Positions 9,001 through 17,300 of a stretch of DNA of 64,000 nucleotides are shown here, in pieces. The DNA lies in contig VHCW01000007.1 in assembly GCA_016871575.1 (NCBI GenBank), positions 19,616 to 83,615 on the forward strand. Direction: 5' to 3'. The position numbers and the translations under genes were made by a program. This DNA comes from Verrucomicrobiota bacterium (GTDB lineage: Bacteria; Verrucomicrobiota; Verrucomicrobiia; Palsa-1439). The notes under the pieces are model-generated. The model was not told the origin of the DNA and ran no database searches. It saw nothing but the letters and a program-made list of their open reading frames with translations. How positions within the stretch are numbered: position 1 is the stretch's first letter; each line of letters begins with the position of its first letter.

Positions 9001-9287
9001 TATGGCAACACGCCACCACTCCATCGCTCCACGCTGACCGGCCCGTACAATCCGAGCGACTGAATGTGCTTGCGCGCGGCGGTCACGTCCTTGTCGAGGC
9101 CGTGCACGGTGAAACGGTCGTTGGCGCGCAATGCCGCCGTTTGTTTTCCGTCGCCGCAGCCGATGTGGACGATGAGGCCGCCTTTGACACCGGTCGTTTT
9201 GAGGATGGCTTTGGTCTGCTCCGCGCTGCGCGCGTGCGGCATTGAAGCCAGCAGAAGAACAAGGGCGATTGACAGGTTGGTGTTCAT
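6048..9287 (-). CDS. Paralog P3: signal peptide + methyltransferase-like fold + split PQQ/BamB-like beta-propeller protein
   Basis: ORF 6048..9575. The start is trimmed to ATG 9287 (MNTNLSIALVLLLASMPHARSAEQTKAILKTTGVKGGLIVHIGCGDGKQT). It has the same motif series as P2 (HHHRCYRNKAT, DWPTFRHN, WRFLAAP, QLESVWPVHGSVLV). Confidence 0.9.
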   Translation of the reverse strand: MNTNLSIALVLLLASMPHARSAEQTKAILKTTGVKGGLIVHIGCGDGKQTAALRANDRFTVHGLDKDVTAARKHIQSLGLYGPVSVERWSGGVLPYAENLVNLIVADKPSGVSMDELMRVLAPGGVALIAGKKTVKPRPKDIDEWTHFLHSANNNAVARDTRVGAPRSLQWMAPPLWLRSHETPSGFQAMVCGGGRVFYIFDEGLIGITDQRLPERWALLCRDAFNGKELWRRPIEKWGWTEWAGDRFANTDWTTITGGRTVVPDENQRRLVVDGDRLYATLSYRAPLAILDAATGKTVATVPDTAPVRQIVVADGIALVYSQEGKPDAELPRQKGKGKGKAQESGPPGVLIAVEGATGKALWRKNVPAVQGITLAIEGGRIVFFGGGKLTALDLKTGADRWQTGVESGGVRTLVACDGVLAVLGNNGLEARDGATGKLLWKKEAPLARGLGSEGLYVIGGIVWPDMIGVDEDRTPNVKSPHVLAIGYDLRTGEERKRLFVENLRSPEHHHRCYRNKATERFIISSMEGLEFLDVVGSNHSQHNFVRGACKLGIMPANGMIYVPPDQCFCDPGAKKLGFTAIGPATKIQPVPDNQRLQKGPAYGAESRKQKAESRNPDDWPTFRHNPARHGSTPTKVGTTLTETWRVKIGAGLTQPVVAGGRVFAAARESHTIHALDMKTGKTAWTFVAGGRVDSPPTILGGLVLFGSADGYVYCLRADDGALAWRFLAAPCERRIMVNDQLESVWPVHGSVLVSDGAAYCTAGRSTYLDGGIRVYALDATTGKLQHQTTLSGPFPDGKTFREVSFYIPGANSDVLAHEGGYVYMRQKKLTPDLREEKQEDLSVKGEKDVGLHVFSTSGFLDASWYNRAFWMYAKRWPGFQLANQSSKSGQLLIVDNERTYAVQPYYRRNVHSPMFFPGKEGYLLYADKNSNEPQIVGDPTGARKPVEWLPQSDYERGGGRAVEKLDNTAFGLDKMIGYTRAEPPLWKTFLPVRIRAMVKAGDTLFVAGPPDELDAKDPYAALDGKKGAKLVAVSAKDGKKLAESALNVPPVFDGLIAAGGRLLIALQDGSLACLEGKP
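7441..7475. repeat. Heptanucleotide tandem repeat (TTTCTGC)x5, perfect, inside the P3 inter-domain linker
   Basis: Read directly: five consecutive tttctgc units. They encode AESRKQKAESRN between GPAYG and PDDWPTF. Confidence 0.95.
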
Positions 9288-9294
9288 TGGCGTA

Positions 9295-9334
9295 GTTATG
9301 ATGCAACACCGCCAGCAAGGCAAGGTTGCAACAA
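9295..9334 (-). promoter_or_regulatory. Conserved promoter-like leader upstream of P3 (diverged copy)
   Basis: The minus strand reads TTGTTGCAACCTTGCCTTGCTGGCGGTGTTGCATCATAAC. It aligns with the P2/P4/P7 leader (TTGCCT, 16-nt spacer, TCATAA). Confidence 0.3.
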
Positions 9335-9344
9335 CAGGAACCAG

Positions 9345-9584
9345 ATGAAAACATCTTCCCGAAAAGGTTTTTCCTTGATTGAACTGATGGCGGTGGTTCT
9401 CACCATCGCTGTATTCGTAATCCCGCAGGCAATTATTACAGCTACCGATATCCCGGCGCAAACAACAAGGGGGGATACGATTTGTCGGTCCGCAGCGAGC
9501 TGGGGAAAACGTATGACAACTGGAAGCGATGAACTGACAAATCCGGTGCCGCCAATTATTCTTTGGCAATCTCAACGGCGCTGA
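9345..9584 (+). CDS. Small ORF with a prepilin-type N-terminal cleavage/methylation motif (possibly a gene fragment)
   Basis: MKTSSRKGFSLIELMAVVLTIAVFV matches the type IV pilin-like motif (K-G-F-S-L-I-E followed by a hydrophobic helix). The ORF is only 79 aa, lies in a locally AT-richer stretch, and has no recognisable C-terminal domain. Confidence 0.4.
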   Translation: MKTSSRKGFSLIELMAVVLTIAVFVIPQAIITATDIPAQTTRGDTICRSAASWGKRMTTGSDELTNPVPPIILWQSQRR

Positions 9585-9867
9585 AGTCGCTGATCACCGA
9601 CGATACCCAGTAACCAACCCAAAGGATCGAGTCGAGACGGGCAGCGACCGGCGCTTCCACAGTCTGGCCGCGCGCGGACAGCGTCACTTGTTGCGCCGCG
9701 AGGTCGGCGACGACGGTTACCTCCGTGACTTCGTTGGCCTTGAGATCGGCTTTCTGGGAAGCGCGGCCCGTCTTTCCTGCGCCGGGGCCTTGCGTGATTT
9801 CCAGCAACTTGCCGCTCATCCGGTAGCCGCATTTGATCAACGTGGCCTCGTCGGGCGAGTCGCCAAA
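9556..9867 (-). pseudogene. Orphan C-terminal fragment homologous to the C-terminal extension domain of P7
   Basis: The minus strand encodes FGDSPDEATLIKCGYRMSGKLLEITQG...VTVVADLAAQQVTLSARGQTVEAPVAARLDSILWVGYWVSSVISDFSAVEIAKE. This aligns with the P7 tail FGDGAAEDKLIKCGVRLRTKKCYIIQG...VEVTVDFAAKKVRMTLPGKAIEAPLTAPLKQITHVGYYVMNAVTEFSPVEIK. It has no start codon of its own and abuts the mobile element. Confidence 0.7.
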
Positions 9868-9891
9868 GGTGTAAGGTGTAAGGGGTTGTAA

Positions 9892-10906
9892 GGGGTCAAC
9901 TCTGGACTCGTGACAACTGAGCCTTGAGGTGGTCGAGTTTGGAGCGGAGGTTGGGGTCTTTGGCTGCGGTTTTGTCGAGGCGTTTGAGGAGTTGGCCGAC
10001 GCCGCTCTGGTCGCGATAGCCATACTCGCGGGCGATGTCGGATGGGCGTTCGCCACCGAGTTTGACGCGCGTCCAAATCTTGACGCGGTCATCGGTCTCT
10101 TGGGCGAGGAGATCGCGAAGACGTTGTCGGAGGGTTGAGGTGGTTTGCGTCCGGGTCCAGCGGGTTTCGTCGAGGCCTTGTTTGCCTTCGACCATGGCAC
10201 AGACTCTCGCCAGTAGCGCGTCGCCACCCAGCACGAGTCCGGCACGCAGACGTTCCCACGGACTGGCTTTTTCGCCGGTAAACCATCGGTTGATCTCGTG
10301 ACGATAGGCCGTTTGCGCCGCGCGGCGATCCATTCCCCAGTACGCCAGCCAATCCAGACAGAGCCATTCGGCCGGTTTGGCCCGCAGTCCCGCATAATCC
10401 CGGTGGCTGCTCCAGTCGAAGGCGTCAAGGTCTTGCGCTCGTTCGATGGGCAGCGGCGTGTGGGCGCGACGGGGACGGACCGGGTTCAGATGGACGTACT
10501 CGACGAGCCACCGGCCATACTCGTCCGCTTCGACTAATTGAGCCTTGAAACGACCTTGAAACAGGTGGCCGCTACGCCGATGACGGGCATTGAAACGCAC
10601 GGTGTAGGTCACTTGGAGCCAGCCTGCGGCACGGCTGAGGTTGCCTTGCGGTGTCCCCAAGACCAAGTGATAATGATTCAGCATCAGGCAATACGCCATT
10701 ACCCGGACTCCAAACCGCTCCACCATCTCGCCGATTGTCTTCAGAAACAGCTTCCGATCATCGTCGGAAAAGAAAACAGCTCGTCGCTCATTACCGCGAG
10801 CCGTCACATGATAGACGGCACCTTCAAACTCTACGCGAATTGGTCTAGCCATGCTGCGCGGAATACCAAACCCAGCCCCGTTAGTCAAGTGTCAAGAGTT
10901 GACCCC
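9892..10906 (-). mobile_element. IS200-like / RAYT-like element bounded by inverted repeats
   Basis: GGGGTCAACTCT at 9892-9903 is the exact reverse complement of AGAGTTGACCCC at 10895-10906. The inverted match extends to about 20 of 23 nt. The repeats bracket the Y1 transposase ORF precisely. A small GC hairpin (CCCGC...GCGGG) lies just outside at about 10903-10918, and (GGTGTAA)x2 lies at 9868-9881 just outside the other end. Confidence 0.7.
9896..10852 (-). CDS. Y1 (HUH) transposase, IS200-like / REP-associated tyrosine transposase-like, with a C-terminal HTH
   Basis: ORF 9896..10888. The likely start is ATG 10852 (MARPIRVEFEGAVYHVTARGNERR). It has the HUH motif in LMLNHYHLVL, a conserved Tyr in VEYVHLNPVR, and a C-terminal DnaA-C-like HTH (SDIAREYGYRDQSGVGQLLKRL). 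Confidence 0.85.
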   Translation of the reverse strand: MARPIRVEFEGAVYHVTARGNERRAVFFSDDDRKLFLKTIGEMVERFGVRVMAYCLMLNHYHLVLGTPQGNLSRAAGWLQVTYTVRFNARHRRSGHLFQGRFKAQLVEADEYGRWLVEYVHLNPVRPRRAHTPLPIERAQDLDAFDWSSHRDYAGLRAKPAEWLCLDWLAYWGMDRRAAQTAYRHEINRWFTGEKASPWERLRAGLVLGGDALLARVCAMVEGKQGLDETRWTRTQTTSTLRQRLRDLLAQETDDRVKIWTRVKLGGERPSDIAREYGYRDQSGVGQLLKRLDKTAAKDPNLRSKLDHLKAQLSRVQS

Positions 10907-13545
10907 GCGGGCTGCGGGTTACCCATGCTCTGGGCGACGTGCTTGGAATAAACCTGAACGCCGAACGTGGTCGTCTCGTTGAACACCAGAAGCTGCGCGC
11001 CGGCTTGGTTGACGTCCCAGTCCGAATAATGCCAGGCGGTCCGGTTGAACGCCGAGTCGTCGAGCAAATCGCTGGTCGAGGTGAGCCGCAAGCCCGACGA
11101 GTCCGTGAACGACCGTTTCAACGCAGCGTCAAATTTGATCTGGCGCAAATAAATCGAGGTGCCGTCGCTGACGAGAACTTCGGAGCGCGCGCCCGGCATG
11201 TTGCGCGAGCCGCCGTTGTCAACGTTCACGTCGGGATACGGTCCCTCGACGCGCGCGTCGTGCAGCAGCTTGCCGGTGAACGGATCAAGCGCCGACAAAA
11301 AGATGCCGCCGTCCAAAAACGTCGAGCGACCGGCGGCGACGTAAGCGATTCCGTTTTGCACCAACACCGTTCCGTGCACCGGCCAGACGGATTCGACCTG
11401 GTTCATCGCCACGAGCCGGCGATCCGCCGGCGCGGCGCGGAACCGCCACGCGAGCGCGCCGTCGGAAACCTGCACGCAATAGACCCAGCCGTCCGCAGAA
11501 CCGAACAGCGCCACGCCGCCGTGAATTGTCGGCGGGCTGTTCACGCGCCCGCCGGCGGTGAAGCGCCAGAGTTCGCGCCCGTTTTTCGCGTCGAGACAGT
11601 GAACTTTCGCGGCGTTAATCTCCGCGACGAACAGTTTGCCATCGGCCACGACCGGCTGGCTCAGCTTGCCGGAGAGCTTCGTCTGCCAGAGTTGGTTCAC
11701 GCTGGCGGGCACTGCTGCGGCTGTGCGTCCGCTGCGCTTGCAATCGGCGCGGAAGGTTGGCCAATCGGACTCGTGACTCGTGACACGTGAAACGTTGCCG
11801 TAGGCAGGACCTTTCTCAAAACGCCCTTCGGCGATTGACTTCGGCGCCGAGCCGCGGGCGGAGAGCGCGTTGAAGCCGTTGAGTTTGACGCCGGCAAAAC
11901 AGGAACACTGATGCGGGCCGACGTAGAGCAGGCCGTTGCACGGCAGGATGCCGTATTTGCAGGGGCCGCGATACCAATCGTGCCGCATGTTCTCGTTGCC
12001 CTCGAGATCAATGAACTCCGCGCCTTGCTTCGGCCAGATCAGGAAACGCTCGGTCGCTTTGCTCCGGTAACAACGATAATGATGCCACGGGTTGATGAGC
12101 TGCTTCAGGTCAATCGTCCGTCGCACCGCGCCCGTCATCAGGTCGCGTCCGCTGGTGCTCTGGCCGGACCAGACGAGGCCGGCCGTGACGAAAAGGTCCG
12201 GCGGATTGCTGACGCCCGGGCCTTTCTTGGCGTCGGTCTTCCACAGGGACTTGCCGGTCTCGGCGGCGAAGGCTTCCAGGTTGTTGCCGGCAAACAGCAC
12301 CACGCCGCGATGAACAATCAATGTGTTTGGTCCCGCGTAGAGATTGCCGTGGCTGGCAGAACTCGGCGCGCGCCATTGCACCGCGCCGGTCGCCAGGTTC
12401 AGGCAAACGAGTTCCCGGTAATTGTGGTAATAGACGCGCTGCCCGTCGGTGGCGACGCACAGCGGCACCACTTCGCCGGCCTCGGTTCGCCAGATGATGT
12501 CGCCCGTGGCGGCGTTGATCGTCAGCAACCGGTTGCTGACGGATGGCGCTTGCGGAGGCGCTTCTGTCACGACCGCGCGCTTCTTGCCTCTCTTTCCCCC
12601 GGCCTTGCTCTTCACGTCGCCCTCGCCGGATGGACGCTCTTGGCGCACACAGACCACCAGCTTGTCTTTCGCGCAAAGGATTTCATCGGCGTATTCTGTT
12701 CCGGAAATGTTCCGGAGCGCCTGGCCGGTCGCCGCATCGAGAACGCTCACCGGCGCGTTGTAACCGAGCGTCACGTAAATCCGCTCGCTGTCGCAGACCA
12801 GCCGCCGCGGCAACGTCGCCGGCGAACGCACCCGGTGCGCCTTGATGTTCGTCCAGTCCACGCCGGCCAGTTCGTTCTTCTTCCATTCCGGCCAGCCCCA
12901 GTTTGGCAGCGGCACCTTCCAGAGGAGCACGCCGCTGAAAGCGTCGCGCGCCACCAGCGCCCATTTCTGCGGCAACCGCTCGTCGGCGACGCCCGTCGGG
13001 CCTTCATCGAGAATGTAAAACAGGCGACCGCGCGCCGAAACGATGGCGCTGATGCTCGAATCCGTTTCGTGAGTGCGACAATAGAGCGGCTCGGCGAACC
13101 ATTGCAGTCCTTTTGTCGGCCCGACAACTTTGTCGTTCGCAACCGCGTTGTTGTCGGCGTCGTGCAAGTAGTGCGTCCACTCGTCAATCTCCTTCGGCCA
13201 CGGCTTCACCGTCTTCTTCCCGCCGATGAGCGCCACGCCATTCGGCACGAGCACCCGCATTACTTCCTCCATCGAAACAGCGCCGAGTTTGTCCGCGACA
13301 ACCAGGTTCACAAGATTGTCCACGTAAGGCAGATGTTTGCCGCGCCAGTTAGTGAGGCCGTCCACGAGGAAACTGCCGCTGGCGCGCAACTCAGCCAGCA
13401 ACTTCTCGTCGCCATGCCCGAGATGGACGATGAGGCCGCCTTTGATACCGGCGGTCGAGAGGATTTCATTGGCCCGCTCCGCGCCATGAAGCAACGGGGC
13501 CAGCGCCAGCAAAAGAACGAGGATGGTTCGCAAGATGGCTTTCAT
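10885..13545 (-). CDS. Paralog P4, C-terminally truncated by the mobile element (probably non-functional or shortened)
   Basis: ORF 10885..13707. The start is trimmed to ATG 13545 (MKAILRTILVLLLALAPLLHGAERANEILSTAGIKGG). Homology to the paralogs stops near ...LLVFNETTTFGVQVYSKHVAQS. The last residues (GNPQPAGSTLDT*) are read out of the element's hairpin and inverted repeat. The roughly 170-aa C-terminal part present in the other paralogs is missing. Confidence 0.8.
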   Translation of the reverse strand: MKAILRTILVLLLALAPLLHGAERANEILSTAGIKGGLIVHLGHGDEKLLAELRASGSFLVDGLTNWRGKHLPYVDNLVNLVVADKLGAVSMEEVMRVLVPNGVALIGGKKTVKPWPKEIDEWTHYLHDADNNAVANDKVVGPTKGLQWFAEPLYCRTHETDSSISAIVSARGRLFYILDEGPTGVADERLPQKWALVARDAFSGVLLWKVPLPNWGWPEWKKNELAGVDWTNIKAHRVRSPATLPRRLVCDSERIYVTLGYNAPVSVLDAATGQALRNISGTEYADEILCAKDKLVVCVRQERPSGEGDVKSKAGGKRGKKRAVVTEAPPQAPSVSNRLLTINAATGDIIWRTEAGEVVPLCVATDGQRVYYHNYRELVCLNLATGAVQWRAPSSASHGNLYAGPNTLIVHRGVVLFAGNNLEAFAAETGKSLWKTDAKKGPGVSNPPDLFVTAGLVWSGQSTSGRDLMTGAVRRTIDLKQLINPWHHYRCYRSKATERFLIWPKQGAEFIDLEGNENMRHDWYRGPCKYGILPCNGLLYVGPHQCSCFAGVKLNGFNALSARGSAPKSIAEGRFEKGPAYGNVSRVTSHESDWPTFRADCKRSGRTAAAVPASVNQLWQTKLSGKLSQPVVADGKLFVAEINAAKVHCLDAKNGRELWRFTAGGRVNSPPTIHGGVALFGSADGWVYCVQVSDGALAWRFRAAPADRRLVAMNQVESVWPVHGTVLVQNGIAYVAAGRSTFLDGGIFLSALDPFTGKLLHDARVEGPYPDVNVDNGGSRNMPGARSEVLVSDGTSIYLRQIKFDAALKRSFTDSSGLRLTSTSDLLDDSAFNRTAWHYSDWDVNQAGAQLLVFNETTTFGVQVYSKHVAQSMGNPQPAGSTLDT
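11769..11789. repeat. Short heptanucleotide repeat (ACTCGTG x2 + ACACGTG) in the P4 linker
   Basis: Read directly: actcgtg actcgtg acacgtg. It encodes ...VSRVTSHES just before DWPTF. Confidence 0.75.
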
Positions 13546-13557
13546 GTTTGTGTGCGT

Positions 13558-13596
13558 GATTCTATCCGACGCCGCCGGGAAGTCGAGGCCGCAAAG
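13558..13596 (-). promoter_or_regulatory. Conserved promoter-like leader upstream of P4
   Basis: The minus strand reads CTTTGCGGCCTCGACTTCCCGGCGGCGTCGGATAGAATC (TCGACT, 16-nt spacer, TAGAAT), with 13 nt between the -10 element and the ATG. Confidence 0.4.
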
Positions 13597-13675
13597 CCGT
13601 CCATCGGCGCTCGGAAGACGGATTGACGCGGTGGACTGAATTCGGTACTGTATTCGGGCCGATGGAAGACATGCC

Positions 13676-13960
13676 ATGAAAATGAAAGAAGACATTCGTC
13701 CCGTCACCTACCTGAAGAGCAAGGCGGCGGATTTGTTGGCGCAGATCAACGCCACGCACCGGACAGTCATCATCACCCAGAACGGGGAAGCGCGGGCCGT
13801 GCTCCAGGATCCCGAAAGCTACGAACAGATGCGGCGCGCGATCGGCTTGCTCAAACTCGTCGCGCAGGGGGAATCGGACGTGCAGGCCGGACGCACGCTG
13901 GCTGCCGACAAGGTGTTTGCCGGCTTGCGCAGAACGCTGATCGCCCGCCGCGCGTCCTGA
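13676..13960 (+). CDS. Phd/YefM-family antitoxin
   Basis: 94 aa. The sequence ...RPVTYLKSKAADLLAQINATHRTVIITQNGEARAVLQDPESYEQM... is the typical Phd/YefM N-terminal fold signature. It lies immediately upstream of a ParE-like ORF (1-nt gap). Confidence 0.85.
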   Translation: MKMKEDIRPVTYLKSKAADLLAQINATHRTVIITQNGEARAVLQDPESYEQMRRAIGLLKLVAQGESDVQAGRTLAADKVFAGLRRTLIARRAS

Positions 13961-13961
13961 C

Positions 13962-14294
13962 ATGGCACCGTCCCGGTCTTACGCGGTCGAGTTTGCCGTC
14001 GTGGCGCAGCGCGATTTGCAGGTCATCATCGAATTGATCGCCACGGAAGATCCCGTTGTCGCCGGGCAGGTCTTGGACCGGATTGAATCGCGTTGTGCGG
14101 ACCTGAAGAAGATGCCGCAACGCGGACGTGTGGTGCCGGAACTGGCTGCGTTTGAGATTTACACCTACCGGGAATTGGTTGTGGCGCCGTGGCGAGTGGT
14201 TTACCGAATCAGCGGCAACGGCGTTTATGTTCTGGCGGTGTTGGATGGGCGGCGCAACGTGGAGGACATCCTGCTGGCTCGGTTGGTTCGATGA
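13962..14294 (+). CDS. ParE/RelE-superfamily toxin
   Basis: 110 aa. It contains ...DLQVIIELIATEDPVVAGQVLDRIESRCADLKKMPQRGRVVPEL...YRELVVAPWRVVYRISGNGVYVLAVLDGRRN, the typical ParE core. Confidence 0.85.
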   Translation: MAPSRSYAVEFAVVAQRDLQVIIELIATEDPVVAGQVLDRIESRCADLKKMPQRGRVVPELAAFEIYTYRELVVAPWRVVYRISGNGVYVLAVLDGRRNVEDILLARLVR

Positions 14295-14314
14295 GTGGGA
14301 AGGTGAATTCGTTT

Positions 14315-17300
14315 CTAACGTCCCAAACACACCAGCCGGCCATCGGTTGTGGCAACAAAGAGCCGGCGGTTGGCGGCGGCGATGCCGTTGAGCACCGGCG
14401 GCGAATCGAGCTTCAATTCGGAAACTTTCTTTCCGGTGGCTGAATCCACGGCGTACAGCAGTCCGCCCAGCCGTCCCTCAAACGCGCCGAGCGGGTCCTT
14501 CGCGTCCACGACATCCGGCGGCCCGGCGACAAAGAGCCGGTCGCTGGTCTGCGCCATCGCGCGCACGCGCACGGGAATTCGCAACGACCACGATTCCTTT
14601 TTCGTGCCGACGTTCTTCGCGAAGAGCAGGTAACCCTTCGCGCCGGGCGTGAAGAAGACCGTCGGGTCGAGTCCCTTCAACGAATCAAACTGGCGGACGT
14701 AATAGACCGACTGCTTGTCGTGGACGATGAGGTTGCCGTAGTCGGCTTGCTTGCCGAAGGACCACGGCGTTCTCTTGAAATACGTCTCGTCAAGAAAACC
14801 GCTGCGGGGTGACAGCTCCGTGTCGCCGCGCTGTCGTTTCAACTCCGCATCGAACGCCAACGACCGCATGAAGACGAGTTTCCCGTCGCCCATCATGACA
14901 TCGGAGAGCGCGCCCATCGGCAGTCTGAAGTTCGAATCGAATTCCGCCGGGCCATCGGGAGGTTGCGGGCACATCACCAGTTTGCCGGCGGTGTTGACGG
15001 CGTAATCGGGGCCTTCGAGTTTGTTTTGATGCAACACTTGTCCCGTCGCGGGATCGAGGCCGAAAAGATGGATGCCGCCATCGAGTTCCGACGACCGGCC
15101 GGCGCTGACGTAGGCTTTGCCGCCCTGTGCCAGCACGCTGCCGTGAACCGGCCACGCCGATTCAAGCTGGCCATACACGGTGATGAGCCGTTCTTCCGGC
15201 GCGGCGCGGAACCGCCACGCGAGCGCGCCGTCACTGGCGCGCACGCAATACGCCCAGCCGTCGGCGGAACCGAACAACACCGCGCCATTGTGCCACGTCG
15301 GCGACGAATCAATCCGTCCGCCGGCGGCGAACTCCCAGAGCTTCTTTCCATCGCGCGCGTCGAGGCAGACGACGTGATGCTCGTCTGGAATCGCGACGAA
15401 CACACGGTCGCCGACGACAATCGGCGGCGTGGCGTTGTTGCCGAGCTTGACGCTCCACACCGGCGCGGCGTTGTCGGGAACTTGCGTGTTCACCGAGCCG
15501 GTGCGCGCGGCATCGCGGCGGAACGTCGGCCAGTCGGAATCGGTGAGTGGTGAGTGGTGAGTGGTGAGTTCAAAGGCCGGGCCGCGTTCGAGCCGTTCTT
15601 CTTTCAACTTGCTGCTTTCTGCTTTCAGCTTTCGCTCTGGCGCGAGCGCGAAGAAGCCGTTGAGTTTCTCCTCGATGTAGCAGGCGCACGGGTGCGGCGG
15701 GACGTATTGGAGGCCGTTCGCCGGCATCATGCCGACGTGGCAAGTGCTCCGGACCCAGTTGTGGACGGTGTGCTTGCCTTCCTCCAAGTCCACGTACTCG
15801 GTCCCGCGCCGGCTGGCGAGGATGTAGCGCGTCGTTGCCTTGTTTCGGTAACAACGATGATGATGGTGCGCCTTGAAGATGGAGCCGACGGGCACTTCTT
15901 TCTTCTGCGCGCCGGTGTGAAGGTCGTACCCGTTCACTGACTTGGGCCAAGACGTGCGCTGTTTTCCCTTTTTGCCGCCTTCAAACTCTCCCGCTTCCAA
16001 CTCCGCGCTCCACGTCCAGACGAGATCGCCGATGACGAACACGTCCTTCCACGAATACCAGAGGTGACCGATGTATTTCTTCGGCTGACTCCAAAGCACC
16101 TTGCCGGTATCGGCGGAGAGCGCGGCCAGTTTCGCGGGACTGGCGTGGAGCACGACGCCATCGCGCACGATCATCGTGCCGACCCACAAGTTTCCGCCTT
16201 CGCCGCGTTTCTTGTCGTCGTCATCCAACGGAAATGCCGAGCGCCATTTCTCCGTGCCGGTGCGGGCGTCGAGGCAGACAATCTCCGGGCCGTCAATCAA
16301 CGCCACCACTTTGCCATCGGTGGCAATGTTGCTCGCGGGATCAAGCTTCGGAACCGTGGGGCTGATCGGCGTAATCACCCACTTGATGTAGTCGGTCGTG
16401 GTGCCCTTGAAAGTCTTTGCGCTCGTCCAGAGCATTTTGCCGGTTGCGGCGTTCACCGCCATGACTTTGACTCCGTCGCCGGAGAGGACGGATAAGACCA
16501 ATACGCCGTTATGGAAAAGGATTTCGTTGGTGCGTTCCGTGCCGGCGTAGGTCTGAAGGATTTCGCCGGTGCGCGCGTCGAGTTCGGTGACGGGCGCTTG
16601 ATAGCCGAGCGTCACGTAAACCTTGTCGTCCGACGCGACGAGCCGCTTCTGGATGTTGAGCGGGATGTCGCCGGGACGGCTGTTGAACCAAGTGTCCTTC
16701 CACTCGCGCCAGCCCCAGCGCCGGATCGGCACTTTCCATAGCAACACACCGTTGAACGCATCACGCGCGATGAGCGACCATTTGTCCGGCAGTGAATGCT
16801 GTCCCGCGAGGCCGATGGGCGCTTCGTCCACGATGGCGAACAACCGGCCTTGCGCGGTGACGAGCGTGCTGACGCTCGAATCGGTCTCGTGATCGCGCAA
16901 CCACATCGGGCCTTCGATCCACTGGTAATGTTTCGGCGGACCAACGACGCTGTCGTTGGCGACCGGGTTGCCGTCGGCGCCGTGCAGGTAATGCGTCCAC
17001 TCGTCAATCTCCTTCGGCCACGGCTTCACGGTCTTCTTGCCGCCGATCATCGCAACTCCATTCGGCACGAGCACGCGCATCACTTCGCTCATCGGAAGTT
17101 TGCCGAGCTTGTCGGCGACAACCATGTTCACCAGATTGTCGGCGTACGGCAATCGCTCGCCCGTCCACGGCGCCACCGACACCGGCCCGTACAAACCGAG
17201 CGCGCGGATATTCTTGCGTGCATCCGTCACGTCCGCATCAAGGCCGTGAACGACAACGTTCTCGCTCGTTCGCAGCGCGGCAGTTTGCTTGCCGTCCCCG

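Noticed and set aside
9288-9575. 96-aa N-terminal extension of the P3 ORF (MRLPKNNWRHRICQF...)
   Set aside because: The extension is Cys/Arg-rich and not protein-like. The internal ATG at 9287 gives a signal peptide aligned with the other paralogs and sits just downstream of the conserved promoter-like block.
9556-10428. 290-aa minus-strand ORF treated as one gene
   Set aside because: It is a chimera. Its 3' third is the orphan P7-like domain fragment. The rest is an out-of-frame read across the inverted repeat and the antisense or alternate frame of the Y1 transposase gene.
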